From NCBI GenBank assembly GCA_002269645.1, contig NIVC01000975.1, positions 332,615 to 396,614 on the forward strand: DNA of 64,000 bases, written 5' to 3'. How positions within the stretch are numbered: position 1 is the first letter of the stretch; each line of letters starts with the position of its first letter. The DNA is from Macrostomum lignano (Eukaryota). The position numbers were made by a program, and so were the translations under genes. The notes below the pieces were generated by a model. That model was not told the DNA's origin. It ran no database searches and saw only the letters and a list, made by a program, of their open reading frames with translations. Below are positions 27,100-38,829 of the stretch, one piece after another.

Positions 27100-27645
27100 C
27101 AGGGATCATATTATAGGTCACCCCCGGATTCCCCTGAGATTTTCCTCGGATTTCCTAGAATTGCGCTTAAGACTATCGGCGGATTTCCTTGCATTTTCTC
27201 CGGTTTCCTTTGAATGCACTTTGGATTCCACTGGGATTTTCCCCGGGTTCCCATGAAATCTCCTCTGGCTTTCCTTGGGATTCTCCTCGAATTTCCCCTG
27301 GTATTCCGTAGAGTTACAACTAGGATTCTCCTTGAGTTCTCACTGGGATTCTATTTGGGTTATACAGGGATTCGCCTTGGGTTTCTTCCTGGGTTCCACC
27401 TGGGATTCTCCACGGGTTGCCCCTGGGATTCTCCACGGGTTGCTCTGGGATTCTCTTAGGATTCCCTCTGGGATTCTGATCGGGTTTCACATAGGATTCC
27501 CTCGAGTTCTCACTGGGATTTTCCTCGAGTTCCTACTGGGATTCTCCTCGGGTTTTTCCTAGGATTCCCTCGAGTTCCTACTGGGATTCTCATCGGGTTT
27601 TTCCTAGGATTCCCTCGAGTTCCTACTGGGATTCTCCTTGGCTTC
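27100..27645. repeat. Degenerate GGATTCTC/GGATTCCC-rich repeat upstream of CBR copy B
   Basis: Low-complexity recurring motif. Confidence 0.7.
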
Positions 27646-28115
27646 TAGAATGGACAGAATGGATCTTCTACAGTCATATTTCCATTGAGTCTCTATTTAA
27701 TCCTAGACTCTATAGTACTTTTTTCTAAAGTATACTCGTACTCTCAGCAGTAAACTTGGCAGTAAAACAAAAATGAAAATCAACACTAGCAATACATGAA
27801 AAACTAAAGCAAACAGTTTCTAATTGGCCTACACTCAATTATATTTCAAGAACAGTACACTAAAAATAAATAGAAAATACAGACAGCAGCCACTCCAGAA
27901 AGAGAGAAAAATCAATATACAAGTAGTGTCGAAACTCCGGGCCATAACAATTACTACAATACATATCGGCAGCAGCAGATGGTTTCCAATGCAGCAGTAT
28001 TTGCGCAACACGGAGGAGCGCCTTTTTTAATATCGCGTACGCAAAAATATCGAATACTCTTTTATCTACTACCACTTAGCTGACGGACACAACGCACCAG
28101 CACTGGAACGCGCAA

Positions 28116-28397
28116 CTACCTGTAGTAAAAGTACAAGTAGTAGCAGCCAGCGGAAAACAGCAGCATAGCCGCAGCAATACCGATTCTGGTTGACCACCGC
28201 TTTCGCCACCGTTTCACCTCCCAGTTCTTCATGTTGGCTCGCATCCGATCGATCTGTTCCTGGGTTCGGCGCAACCGCTCCGATTTGCTTCTGCGCCGGA
28301 TTTCTGCGCCAGCTGGAGTCCATTGTGCTGGATCGGCGTCAGGCTCTGCGGACTCTTCTTCGAAGGCTGCCGGCGAGGCCTCTTCTGGGGTAGACAT
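28116..28397 (-). CDS. 93-aa tail-anchored ORF (acidic N-terminus, basic coiled segment, C-terminal TM): a small gene or an alternative last exon of the PTP gene
   Basis: EIRRRSKSERLRRTQEQIDRMRANMKNWEVKRWRKRW followed by hydrophobic IGIAAAMLLFSAGCYYLYFYYR. Acceptor TTCAG| lies 7 nt before the ATG. Confidence 0.65.
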   Translation of the reverse strand: MSTPEEASPAAFEEESAEPDADPAQWTPAGAEIRRRSKSERLRRTQEQIDRMRANMKNWEVKRWRKRWSTRIGIAAAMLLFSAGCYYLYFYYR

Positions 28398-28509
28398 GCT
28401 TCTGCTGAAGTGTGTGCGAGTGACTGACACATGTACGCGCACTCTACTATTAGTAGGCACTAATACTCTAGATCAAAAACAATTTATTTGCGACCTGAGA
28501 GGTGCAAGA

Positions 28510-29190
28510 CAAGAGATGGAGGGGAGATGCAAGATAAGAGACAGATGGAGGGGAGGGGATGCAAGATAAGAGACAGATGGAGGGGAGGGGATGCAAGATA
28601 AGAGACAGATGGAGGGGAGGGGATGCAAGATAAGAGACAGATGGAGGGGAGGGGATGCAAGATAAGAGACAGATGGAGGGGAGGGGATGCAAGATAAGAG
28701 ACAGATGGAGGGGAGGGGATGCAAGATAAGAGACAGATGGAGGGGAGGGGATGCAAGATAAGAGACAGATGGAGGGGAGGGGATGCAAGATAAGAGACAG
28801 ATGGAGGGGAGGGGATGCAAGATAAGAGACAGATGGAGGGGAGGGGATGCAAGATAAGAGACAGATGGAGGGGAGGGGATGCAAGATAAGAGACAGATGG
28901 AGGGGAGGGGATGCAAGATGAGAGACAGATGGAGGGGAGGGGATGCAAGATTAGAGACAGATGGAGGGGAGGGGATGCAAGATGAGAGACAGATGGAGGG
29001 GAGGGGATGCAAGATGAGAGACAGATGGAGGGGAGGGGATGCAAGATAAGAGACAGATGGAGGGGAGGGGATGCAAGATAAGAGACAGATGGAGGGGAGG
29101 GGATGCAAGATGAGAGACAGATGGAGGGGAGGGGATGCAAGATAAGAGACAGATGGAGGGGAGGGGAGATGCAAGACAAGAGACAGATGG
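28510..29190. repeat. 33-bp purine-rich minisatellite (GATGCAAGATAAGAGACAGATGGAGGGGAGGGG)
   Basis: About 20 tandem units. Confidence 0.97.
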
Positions 29191-30177
29191 GGGAAATGCA
29201 AGGAAGGATTTACAGCAAGAGTGGATATTACAACAGTTAAAAGCAATGAAGCTCCAAGACTTGTATCCTCATCGAGAAATGAGATTAATAAACAGAATTC
29301 CGATAGCAGAAGACTCAAGCGCGGTATTAATTTCAAACTTCATTAAAAAAAACAAAGTCAAACGAAAGTACGACGCAAATTTTCGCTAGAGTTTGAAAAA
29401 AAGATCTGCTTATTAAAACAAAACTGTATACAAGACAAAAAAGGGCTACAAAAGCAGGGTTACGAAAAGCCATACTAAAAATGTGGTCTGGTAGTTTTAT
29501 TACAGAGATTCATCAAGCAGAGAAATTGATTGATTGGTCGTTAGTCGCAAGACTATATGAAAAAGCTCCAGGCTGACACACAAGAAGACGCTGGATTTTA
29601 TAATTATTTACAAAATTAATACTATTTGTGAGTTTTTTATTTACCTGGCTAGAGCGATCCGGCAACTGCGGATGACCAGAAAGGAAATTAAAATTAAAAT
29701 TACAGCAATAATAAATATGATTATTCTAAGCAGAGATTGTATTTAGACCATAGAAAAGACAGGCATTAATATCAGAGATTTGCCGCACTGTCTAATAAAA
29801 TTCCAGCTCATCATCCAAGCCATAGAATATTTTATTACAGATTTTAATTGCATAGCAACTGCGTAGCAACCGCATAGCAACAGCGTAGCAACCACATAGT
29901 AACCGTAATACCGCATAGCAACCACACAAGGCAACCACACAAGGCAATGTCCCCACATCTTAAAATTCTGAAATAATAATCAATAAATTTATCGAGCTGT
30001 TTCTATGGCTACTTTCGCTTATATTTATCATACAAAACATTGAAAAACATGCAAGTATCTTTTGATCCGAGGAAAAAGTCATACACAGACGCGCGCACAC
30101 CTCGAGTTGATATTATAAATCAACGAAAAAAAATGATACATGTTCAAAATGAGTGAAAGCGACCAGCTGGCAGAGCG

Positions 30178-31359
30178 TCAAGCTGCTCCCATCTGATAAA
30201 CCAGGTAGGCGCCCAGGGCAGTCAGCAGCGAGATCCAGGCCAGGTCGCGCAGACGAACGACAGGCGTTGGAATCGGCTTGAAGGCGGCTTCAGCAGCATC
30301 GACGCCCGCAGCTGCTGCCCTCTTGTCGTCGGCAGCTTCGTCTTCCTCATTGTACAGTGGAAATGGAACGCCGCCGCCGCCACCGCCGCTAAGCCTGTGC
30401 TGGCAGCTCAGCCAGGTGGTCCTCTGCCTGTCCAGGTTACCCCGCAACAGACTATAAGCGTTATCGTTTATTGCTGAAGAATGATTGCTGCCGCCGCTGC
30501 TACTAGAAGAAGATTCGTCATCAGAGTCGCCGGCCTCCGCGAAGCTGTTATTAGCCATGCCGAATTGTCGCCTGTCGGCCTCGTCGATGCTAAACGACAA
30601 ACTGTCGGCCCGATCGACTCCGTTAGCCAGTATCGCCCGGCCGCCCATGACAACGGCCTGGTAGCAGAACCGCAGCTGGTCCGGCGTCTGCACCAGGCCC
30701 ATGCGGTCGCAGCGGAGGCGCCGGATCTCGCCGGGCAGGTCAACTCCGTAGAGGCTGCCACGACGGGCGATCAAAGCCAGGCAGACGTCTATGACTGCCA
30801 GGCTGCCTGTCCGGCCAATCCCCGCCGAGCAGTGGACAACCGGCGGCCTGTCCGGGTCAGACAGGAGGCCCGAACGGCGGACAGCCATCAGGAAGTTCAG
30901 GAAAGCGCCCGGAGTCTGCGGCACCCCGAAATCCGGCCAAGTCAAGTACTGATAGTGCAGCAGGTCTCGAACTGCGGACGCCGGCTCCGGATCGCTGGTT
31001 TTATTGCTTAGCAACGACAACCGGAAGCCGCGAACAATGTAATAGCCAAATGATTCGGAAGAGACCAGCTCGACTCGCAGGCCAACGTCCGGACAATCGA
31101 CTCGTTTCGTTCGCTCGTCCGGAAAATACGGATGACATTTGAGGGCGCCTTTTTCAAATACTCGATTGAGCATGACGACTCCGCGACTGCGCAGCTGCCA
31201 CACCATCAGCCAGAAGTGGCCGACCGTGGCCGGCAGAGGGCCCTGGGCCATGGCGAACACCCGGCCGGCGTGCTCGGCTCGAACTATGCTGGCATTGATG
31301 TAATCCCCGCTCAGGCCCAGGCTGCTGGCGTGCGACCGGCTGATCGGGGAGAGCCGCAC
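30178..31359 (-). CDS. PTPN1: Non-receptor protein tyrosine phosphatase (PTP1B/TC-PTP-like), catalytic and terminal exon
   Basis: DYINAS, QGPLPATVGHFWLMVW, KCHPYFP, WPDFGVP, VHCSAGIGRTG, RMGLVQTPDQLRF; hydrophobic tail LLTALGAYLVY; acceptor CTCTGTAG|. Confidence 0.95.
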   Translation of the reverse strand: MRLSPISRSHASSLGLSGDYINASIVRAEHAGRVFAMAQGPLPATVGHFWLMVWQLRSRGVVMLNRVFEKGALKCHPYFPDERTKRVDCPDVGLRVELVSSESFGYYIVRGFRLSLLSNKTSDPEPASAVRDLLHYQYLTWPDFGVPQTPGAFLNFLMAVRRSGLLSDPDRPPVVHCSAGIGRTGSLAVIDVCLALIARRGSLYGVDLPGEIRRLRCDRMGLVQTPDQLRFCYQAVVMGGRAILANGVDRADSLSFSIDEADRRQFGMANNSFAEAGDSDDESSSSSSGGSNHSSAINDNAYSLLRGNLDRQRTTWLSCQHRLSGGGGGGVPFPLYNEEDEAADDKRAAAAGVDAAEAAFKPIPTPVVRLRDLAWISLLTALGAYLVYQMGAA

Positions 31360-31389
31360 CTACAGAGTTAATATCATTTGGAACATTAT

Positions 31390-31985
31390 AGATTTTGGAG
31401 ATCATTAGGCAAATTATGGGATTTTTGGATAATTTGCGAGATTATGGGATTTAGGGATCAGTTAGGAGATCATGGGATCCGGGGATAATCGGATGTGGGG
31501 ATCATTTTGGGATTATCGGATTTGTGGATAATTTAGAAAAATTTGGAGACTATGGTATTTGGATAATTTGGGGGATTATGGAATTGGAATCATTTGGGAG
31601 ATTAGATGATGTAGTTATTATTTAGGGATTATGAATGTGAAGCTTTTTTGGTAGATGGGATCCGAGGATCATTTGGGGATTTATGAAATTTGGGGTTCAT
31701 TTGAGGATTAATGGGATTTGGGGATTAATGGGATTTGGGGATTAATAGGATTTGGGGGTAATTTGGGGATTAATGGGATTTGGGGGTCATTCGGGGATTA
31801 ATGGGATTTAGGGATCATTTGGGGATTTATGGGATTTGGGAATAATTTGGGGATTTATGTTGTTCTGTTGTTGTCGGGGATTTATGGGATTTGGGATTAA
31901 TTTGGGGATTTATGTTGTTCTGTTCTTGTTGGGGAATTATGGGATTTGGGAATAATTTGGGGACTTATGGAAGTCGGGGATCAGT
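31390..31985. repeat. Degenerate GGGATT-rich minisatellite in the PTP intron
   Basis: Recurring GGATTAATGGGATTTGG-like units. Confidence 0.75.
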
Positions 31986-32099
31986 CAGGATTGATCAAAT
32001 TATCTAATTCATAAGCAGTCAATTCTGGGGATTCAAGCAATCTATCAACTACTGCAAGATAATTGACAGCATTCAAGAATATATTGAAGCCAGTTTTAC

Positions 32100-32488
32100 C
32101 CGGCTATGGTCGTAGGGCAGCACGTCGCGGTACCGGTTGAGCAGCCGATTATCCGGATGCCTGGCAGCCGCCGTGCTCAGCGCAGCCGACGAAGGTCCGT
32201 CCGAACCCGAGGCCAGGCTCAATCGTCTATAAGCGTCCTGCCATAGGTTTCGCTCGTCATTGTTAGCCAGCTCAAGCTCTATGGCCGACAGCATCTCCCG
32301 GTGATTCGGGTGGCGGTACAGCGGCGAACCGCTGCGATCCACCGCCGCCTGGTCCACTGCTCCCGAATCCACTCTGTATTGAGTGCAGGCAACGGAGGCC
32401 GCTGGAGCGTCTGCGTGCTTGGTACTAAAACCTTTGCTATCAAAAGCTGGGTCCGATTCTCCGGGCAGACTTGATGGTGGATTGCAAT
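32100..32488 (-). CDS. PTPN1: PTP1B-like exon containing the KNRY-type loop (NRYRDVLPYDHSR)
   Basis: Phase-0 donor CGG|GTAAAA joins HSR|VRL. The frame is open to acceptor AATTTAG| at 32489. An in-frame ATG at 32294 aligns with the usual PTP1B start. Confidence 0.85.
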
Positions 32489-32689
32489 CTAAATTATAGA
32501 CAGTACGAGTTCAGGTAATACAGGGATTTGAACTTGCGACACTTGGAATTGTGGGATTCAAATATTAAATATTGGCGGGAAGGCTGCGCGCACCCTGAAG
32601 CATTGCCTTTAGCGACATTGTCTCACGACCAGCCCGGAAGCAATTCTGCCCATTCCGCGACTCCGAGCACATTCAAGCTGCTCTCCATG

Positions 32690-33000
32690 GGATCAAAACA
32701 GATACCCCGTGGGATTAAGACAGCCACCTCCATGGGATTAAGACAGCCACACCCATGGGATTAAGACAGCCATCCGATGGGATTAAGACAGCCACCCCCA
32801 TGGGATTAAGACAGCCATCCGATGGGATTAAGACAGCCATCCGATGGGATTAAGACAGCCATCCCCATGGGATTAAAAAAAGACAGCTTACTTTCAGCCC
32901 CTATCCCATGGGATTAAGACAGCCACCCCGTGGGATTACGATAGCCATCCCATGGGATTAAAAAAAGACATCACTTTCAGCCCCCACCCCATGGGATTAG
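32690..33000. repeat. 22-bp minisatellite (ATGGGATTAAGACAGCCACCCC) in a PTP intron
   Basis: Tandem units visible directly. Confidence 0.9.
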
Positions 33001-33010
33001 GACAGCTCAC

Positions 33011-33305
33011 CTTCAGCAGGCTGATCAGCGGCGGCAGCAACAGCAGCTCGAATCTCCTCGTCGAACTCGTCCAATCCGCCGGAATCTTCGCCCTCGCTAT
33101 CCGAATCGAACAGTGGATTAGCAAACTGCTGCTGTCTCGACTCGCTAGATAGTTCTTCGCCTTCAACTAAACACGACTCCTCCGAGTCAGCTCGGACAGT
33201 CTCGGACACTGGGTCGTCCGCTTTTGGACACCCGGAATCGGCTTCTGTCCGGTTATCGTCTTCCACAAGTGCGGACTGACGCCGCTGAACGGAGATAGCA
33301 TCAGA
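33011..33305 (-). CDS. Candidate upstream acidic exon in frame with the PTP
   Basis: Acceptor CTTCAG| (phase 0), open acidic frame, donor GAA G|GTGAG (phase 1) compatible with the next exon. No ATG in this frame. Confidence 0.55.
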
Positions 33306-33880
33306 CTGAAGATTGACACGGGCTCAGATAGATAAATAAGCATTGCATAGTTGGCTTTAGAGATAACTTGCACTTCTGCCCATAGACGAAACAATTAGCT
33401 GGCAAGTACCAACTGGGAGCGGGGGCAATTTCATCAAGCCACTGGTTACTGGCACAGATACAAAGTACGCTGAATGGTTCACTTAACTATATTTATAACA
33501 AAACTACTCTCTGTTCAGTAGTATGAGCGTAAAAAGCAACATTTATTTATTCAACTAGCTCTGATGGTTTTTATCCACTGCCAAGCTTGGCATAGCATAG
33601 ATAAAAGAGAATCTTTATATGAAACCTACTTTTTATATATATGTTAGAAATTAGATTTAAAACTGTAGAATTCCATACTTTAACTCTTATCACTGGCTAA
33701 AGGTGGGCTTAAAAGAAACTCAAATTAGGGCAATATTTTATTTTAACTACAATGGTGCCACACTAAATTCAGATTTGTTTTGCTTATATTACGGCTCGTA
33801 TTCATAAATGTAATGATTGTCTTTTTTGTATAAATTTTAAATTATCAAATGCTTAAACTCTAACACTCATGCTTGGGCAC

Positions 33881-34028
33881 AACCTAGGGATTCACCCAGC
33901 CATTTCTATTGGCAACACACACGTGTAAGTTGCTATTGGATGGAATAGTAGTCACGTGACTACTCTCAGCCAATAGCAACTTACATGTGTGTGTTGCCAA
34001 TAGAAATGACTAAGTGATTCCCAAGGTT
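33881..34028. repeat. 148-bp near-perfect palindrome (foldback)
   Basis: 39-bp arms CATTTCTATTGGCAACACACACGTGTAAGTTGCTATTGG with 1 mismatch, and a central perfect palindrome AGTAGTCACGTGACTACT. Confidence 0.9.
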
Positions 34029-37000
34029 GCGCATATATGCTAACACTACATGCTCTCACTTGATTCACAATGTTTCATTTTCCCATACTAGTAGTAGTTC
34101 TGATTTTTCAAAATTGATTAAACATTACATTTTTTATTAAAAAGGTCAAGATTATAGTTATATATTAAAGCATATCATTTGATCAACATCCTTGCAACTA
34201 AGCAGAAATTTTCCCATTTGCAAAGTTATGGCTTATAGCAATGTAAATTATTGCTATAAGTAGGGATTAACCCTAATGAAAAAGGTTAAAATCAATGTGT
34301 CCATTGTGTGCCTATAGTCTACTTTTATCTTATAGACTTTGAATACTCAAAAGTTGCAATGTACAATGTTTTTAAATGCATTAATTTTAATTGCTACTAT
34401 TCACTTTGGATTCTAATCCTTGAACTTTTATACTCAATATTATAAGTATATTATATTATAAACTATATTATTATAAATATGTATATGCCTAGCAAATATT
34501 TAGATTAGTTTAATGAAATTTACTAAATTTATTAAAATATAAAAGGGTAACAAAGCATACGACTTATACTTGTAAATGCCATTCCAAAAGTCTTCAGAAT
34601 GGAAAAGAAATCTAAATAAAACTTTTTGTTTGTCAACTTTAACCTATAAACTAAATTATTATCAGAAATATATATTAAGTCTTGTTGCCATTTACTTAGC
34701 CAACTCTGATTTAGAGTCTAATTAGCACAAACCCTATGCTAAAAGTCATGGAGCTTAAAAAATTGCAATTTTCTTATAATTATTCACTATGATTTTAAGT
34801 GCAACCTGAAACTAGCAAAATGTTTTTCTCAGCTTGCAATACCCTTTCCCAATGAGTTTCTATCTTAATTGACTATGTATAACTATTGCAACCCTATGCA
34901 CTGTGCATACAATAACTTTTTGCTTTGCACATTGTATATGGGAGGGTGGGATCAAATCCACTGAGTGTATTGATGGACTAAAATGAGGGTTGCAAGTTGG
35001 GGCATTGTGACAACAAAGGAATAAAGGACTTTTTTGTGTTGCAACAATAAAGGACCTTTTTGCATTGTAACAATTTTTTTATTTTTTGAGACTGCAAATA
35101 AACAATGCTTTTAGAAATGCTTCCTTTGTTGCAACCTAAATATATTTTTTTGATTTTCATTTTTTGCATTTTCTATATTTCTCTTACCATTAATTTATAA
35201 TACTTACTTCAAAAGTGACAAGTATCACATATTTTTTATAAAAAGACTAAAAATTTCTGTGGCCCAGCTACTAGATAGCTTTAACTATGGTGCTATGCAT
35301 GTTTTACTTTTTGTATACCATATTATTGCTGTGCAAAGCTTGCCAAAAACCTTTTTAACTCCTTGATGCATGCCATGCATGTAGTACTAGACTGCCTGGG
35401 ACCTAGCATCTTTGCAATTGTGGATTGCAATAGGGCCTATCTAAGTCTTTGGAATCTATATACTCAATAAGTACTATATTTGCAATCATATGAGCAGAGA
35501 TTGGTTAAGATAGACTAGTATAAAAAATGCTTAAAATGTTAAGAAAGCCTCAAGGAATCTAGTTGACATTGTTAGAGGCAATAATACTTAGATATACTAA
35601 TATGACTCAAAGTCAAAGACAAATTGTTAATCAATAGTCTAATCTAATACTTTTCTATCATTATCAATATATAGACCCTAGAATGTTAGAAACAAGATAG
35701 GGACCTCCTTTATCATTGTTTCTAGCTATCTAGTTTTAGTGTCCCTAGATAATCATTGTACAATGACTATAGCATAGCATGGTATACTAGCTATTACTTT
35801 CAAACTACAAAAGTAAACTACAAACTACAAAGTACTTACAAAACTTTCAAATAAACTACATGTATTGAATACTGAATAATATTTAAGTACTTTGTTAAAA
35901 CTTTTTTGTCATTAAAAGGGTTAATTTTAAATTTGCTTAGCTGCTGGCTTTGCTTAAAATGACCAAACAACCCAAAGATTGGGGCAAATGAGACTTGCAA
36001 TATTTAAAATTCAAAGTATAATAATAATGATAATATTAGGCCTAATAGTAATACTAATGACAATATCGCTTTACTCGTAACATCAATACACAAGACTAAA
36101 CACAAACAACTTCACAATCTTAGCTGTGGGGATAAGCTAAAAATTATTGACATGGATCTGTGTGGATAAACTTGGAATTATTGACATGGCCTATATAGAC
36201 TTGAATGGTGGCAGCTATATTTCAATAAGCTGCCATGATGGGGATAAGCTAGGAATTATTGACATGGATCCATATAGATAAAATTGGAATTATTGGCATG
36301 GGACTATGGGGATAAGAACTTCCTACTTATATACATAACAATATTATGAATTCAGTTTTGTAATTTTGAATGACAGATAATGTCATAGGTCTTAATTGAT
36401 AAAATAAAAAGGATTAAAGACTCAGCCTCAGGCCTAGATTTTTCAACTTTTAAGTTTTATATATATCATATTTTGCTTTGTCAATGTTATTGTTAGGCCT
36501 AATAAGAAAGAAATAACAAATGCATTGAATAGGCACATCTACACATGATCATCACATGTGACAGAAGTAGCCTAATATTATTGTCATACACGATCACGAT
36601 GCATATTATACTAATAGACTACCAGGCTTATGATTTACATTAATTTATGCATAGAATAAGACCTACAAATCATTAAATAGTAGCCTGCAAATCTAAATAA
36701 TATTAAATTGGGTACTCAGGGCCAGGGGCAAGGCAAGCTATCAAGCTATGCTATGCTAACATTGCGCTTTTCTTCATTGAATTCCGCCAATTTCTACGAA
36801 TTAAAATTTTCGAAACAAATTTATAAAAAACGTTGATAATAAAAAACAGTAATAGATTTCGCGCTTATAAGCTTTTTCCATAATTTAGGTAACTCTAGTG
36901 ACAAAACAAATAAATAAAACAACTAAAAAGTATTTTAGCAGAGTTTGCATGCAGCATTCGTTTTTACAAATTCAATCACATTAAAACAGCATAAACTGCT

Positions 37001-37755
37001 ACTGGGAACCTTTAGTCTATTATTTTACGGTGTTTAACAAGTGAAACACAGCTTGCTGTTAAAACTATTTTGATTCCCAATGATTAGTAAAAAAACTAGT
37101 TTTTTATGATTAAAACTACTTTATAATTAAGCAGAAAAATTTTCTTTGCACTAAATTTTCACTGTACATATAAAATATCCTTTTTAAAATTAATTCTTTG
37201 CTTCGTGCTCAGGTATAACTTTCAAGGGCCTTTTATTTCCAGGGAGTTCAAGTCTTAAAGCCATCAAGGTAATTGATTTTTGTGTTGCTTTTTGTCTACT
37301 CATTCAATTTTTACTAGTTCATAGCACGGGACAGTTTCTTTTTGTAATCAATAGAATTAAGCAAAACCATGTTTCGACTGCCTAGTATAGTCCACACTAC
37401 TGATGGACTACTGATGACGATATTCGGGTGCTGGAAGTATTCTCCATTTAAAATGTTCGACATGGGTTTTCAAAATGTCTCTTATAGTTTCTAATTTAAT
37501 CTCTTGATAATTTAGGACTTCATCCATACCTTGAACGCCTCTGAAGAATCTTGGAGACATTGCGCTGTAGCGTTTACTGGCGAAGTATATGGAGAACTCT
37601 TCGATACTCAGAATCTCATAAAAACTCTTAAAAGATTTAAGTTCAATCCTATTTCTAGACAAACGCGCGAGAGCAATTAACTTAACTAGTATTTTCATTT
37701 TTGTAAACATATTCTCTGTCCGTCCAACATCTAAACCATCATATAACCGTTCAGA

Positions 37756-38140
37756 ATGAGCAGCACTAACAATCAGCAGCAGAAGGATGCAAGCAGCAGC
37801 AACAGCACGCAGCCCTCGCTGTCAAGCGCAGCCTCGGGTAGCAACAACTGCGCCAAGACGGAGGACAAGGCAAGCCAAGGCAAGAAGCCTCGCGGTCCCC
37901 GAGCTGGGAGCAAGCGTCACCAGCACGAAGCTGGTCAGAGACAGCAGCAGCGACAGCTGATCCGCTACAACCGGGACACCCTCCTGCAGATGCGCGACTC
38001 CCGCCTGTCATCAGCCTGGCCCAGGGCTCTGAACAGAGCGTACGTGGGCGACGGAGGTCTGTGGGACCCGGTGAAACTCTTCGAGGGAGAGCGGAAGAGC
38101 GCCTTCGATGGCAAGACGAAGATTGAGCGAGTCAGGAACG
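37756..38140 (+). CDS. EIF4ENIF1: eIF4E transporter (4E-T/Cup family)-like, exon 1
   Basis: Canonical 4E-binding motif YNRDTLL (YxxxxLL) followed by GGLWDP (compare 4E-T DGVWDP). Donor AAC G|GTGAG. Confidence 0.85.
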
Positions 38141-38238
38141 GTGAGACTTTCTGCCATTTTTCTCCCATCTTGCCTGATAATTAAACTATGTTGATGCTGC
38201 AACTCGCTGATCATCATCGCACCAAACTGAAATTTCAG

Positions 38239-38328
38239 TTCGTGGTGCCGCCATGGTGCAGCCATCTTACAGCAGCGGGCCCAGCGCCGAAGACAGCCAG
38301 TCGTTTGGAAGGTCATCGAGACGAAGAA
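38239..38328 (+). CDS. EIF4ENIF1: 4E-T-like candidate exon 2 (90 nt, phase 1-1)
   Basis: AATTTCAG| acceptor, |GTGAGT donor, open frame VRGAAMVQPSYSSGPSAEDSQSFGRSSRRR. Confidence 0.6.
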
Positions 38329-38829
38329 GTGAGTTATTTTGTTTTTCTTGGTTGAAGTGACCATTCTAATGCTTGCACTCCACATTCATGCATTATAGTA
38401 CGTGCAGTGTTATTTGTGTGACAACGATTTAAGACATAAATTATAAGCTACTAGGCGTTGTGAAATTAATTCAACTAGTTAATTGCAAATCGAGAAGAGG
38501 GGTGGTCGGCGGCCGTTCTGACAATTTTTTGGACTTATTGTACACCCCGTTTGGTTAATAATAGTTGGCAGAGGGTGAGTCCAATATTGATTTTTCCATC
38601 GCTAATTTATTATGTTGGCTGGGCCAATCAGACTGCCCTTTGGCACTAGTCATGTGACATGCTGACTCATACCACCATGCGACTTGGAAGGTACAAAAGG
38701 GTAATGCTGTTGCTTATAGATAGTGCTAGCTAGGCTGGGTTTAGGTCAGCCGATGACTACTAATAGATAAATTGAGCAAAGTACAAATCACAAAAATTAA
38801 GAAAGAAAAACTGCGGGGTGGTTTTTAAC

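Noticed and set aside
37408-37710. 100-aa AT-rich minus-strand ORF
   Set aside because: No recognisable motif; it could be chance or a degraded element.
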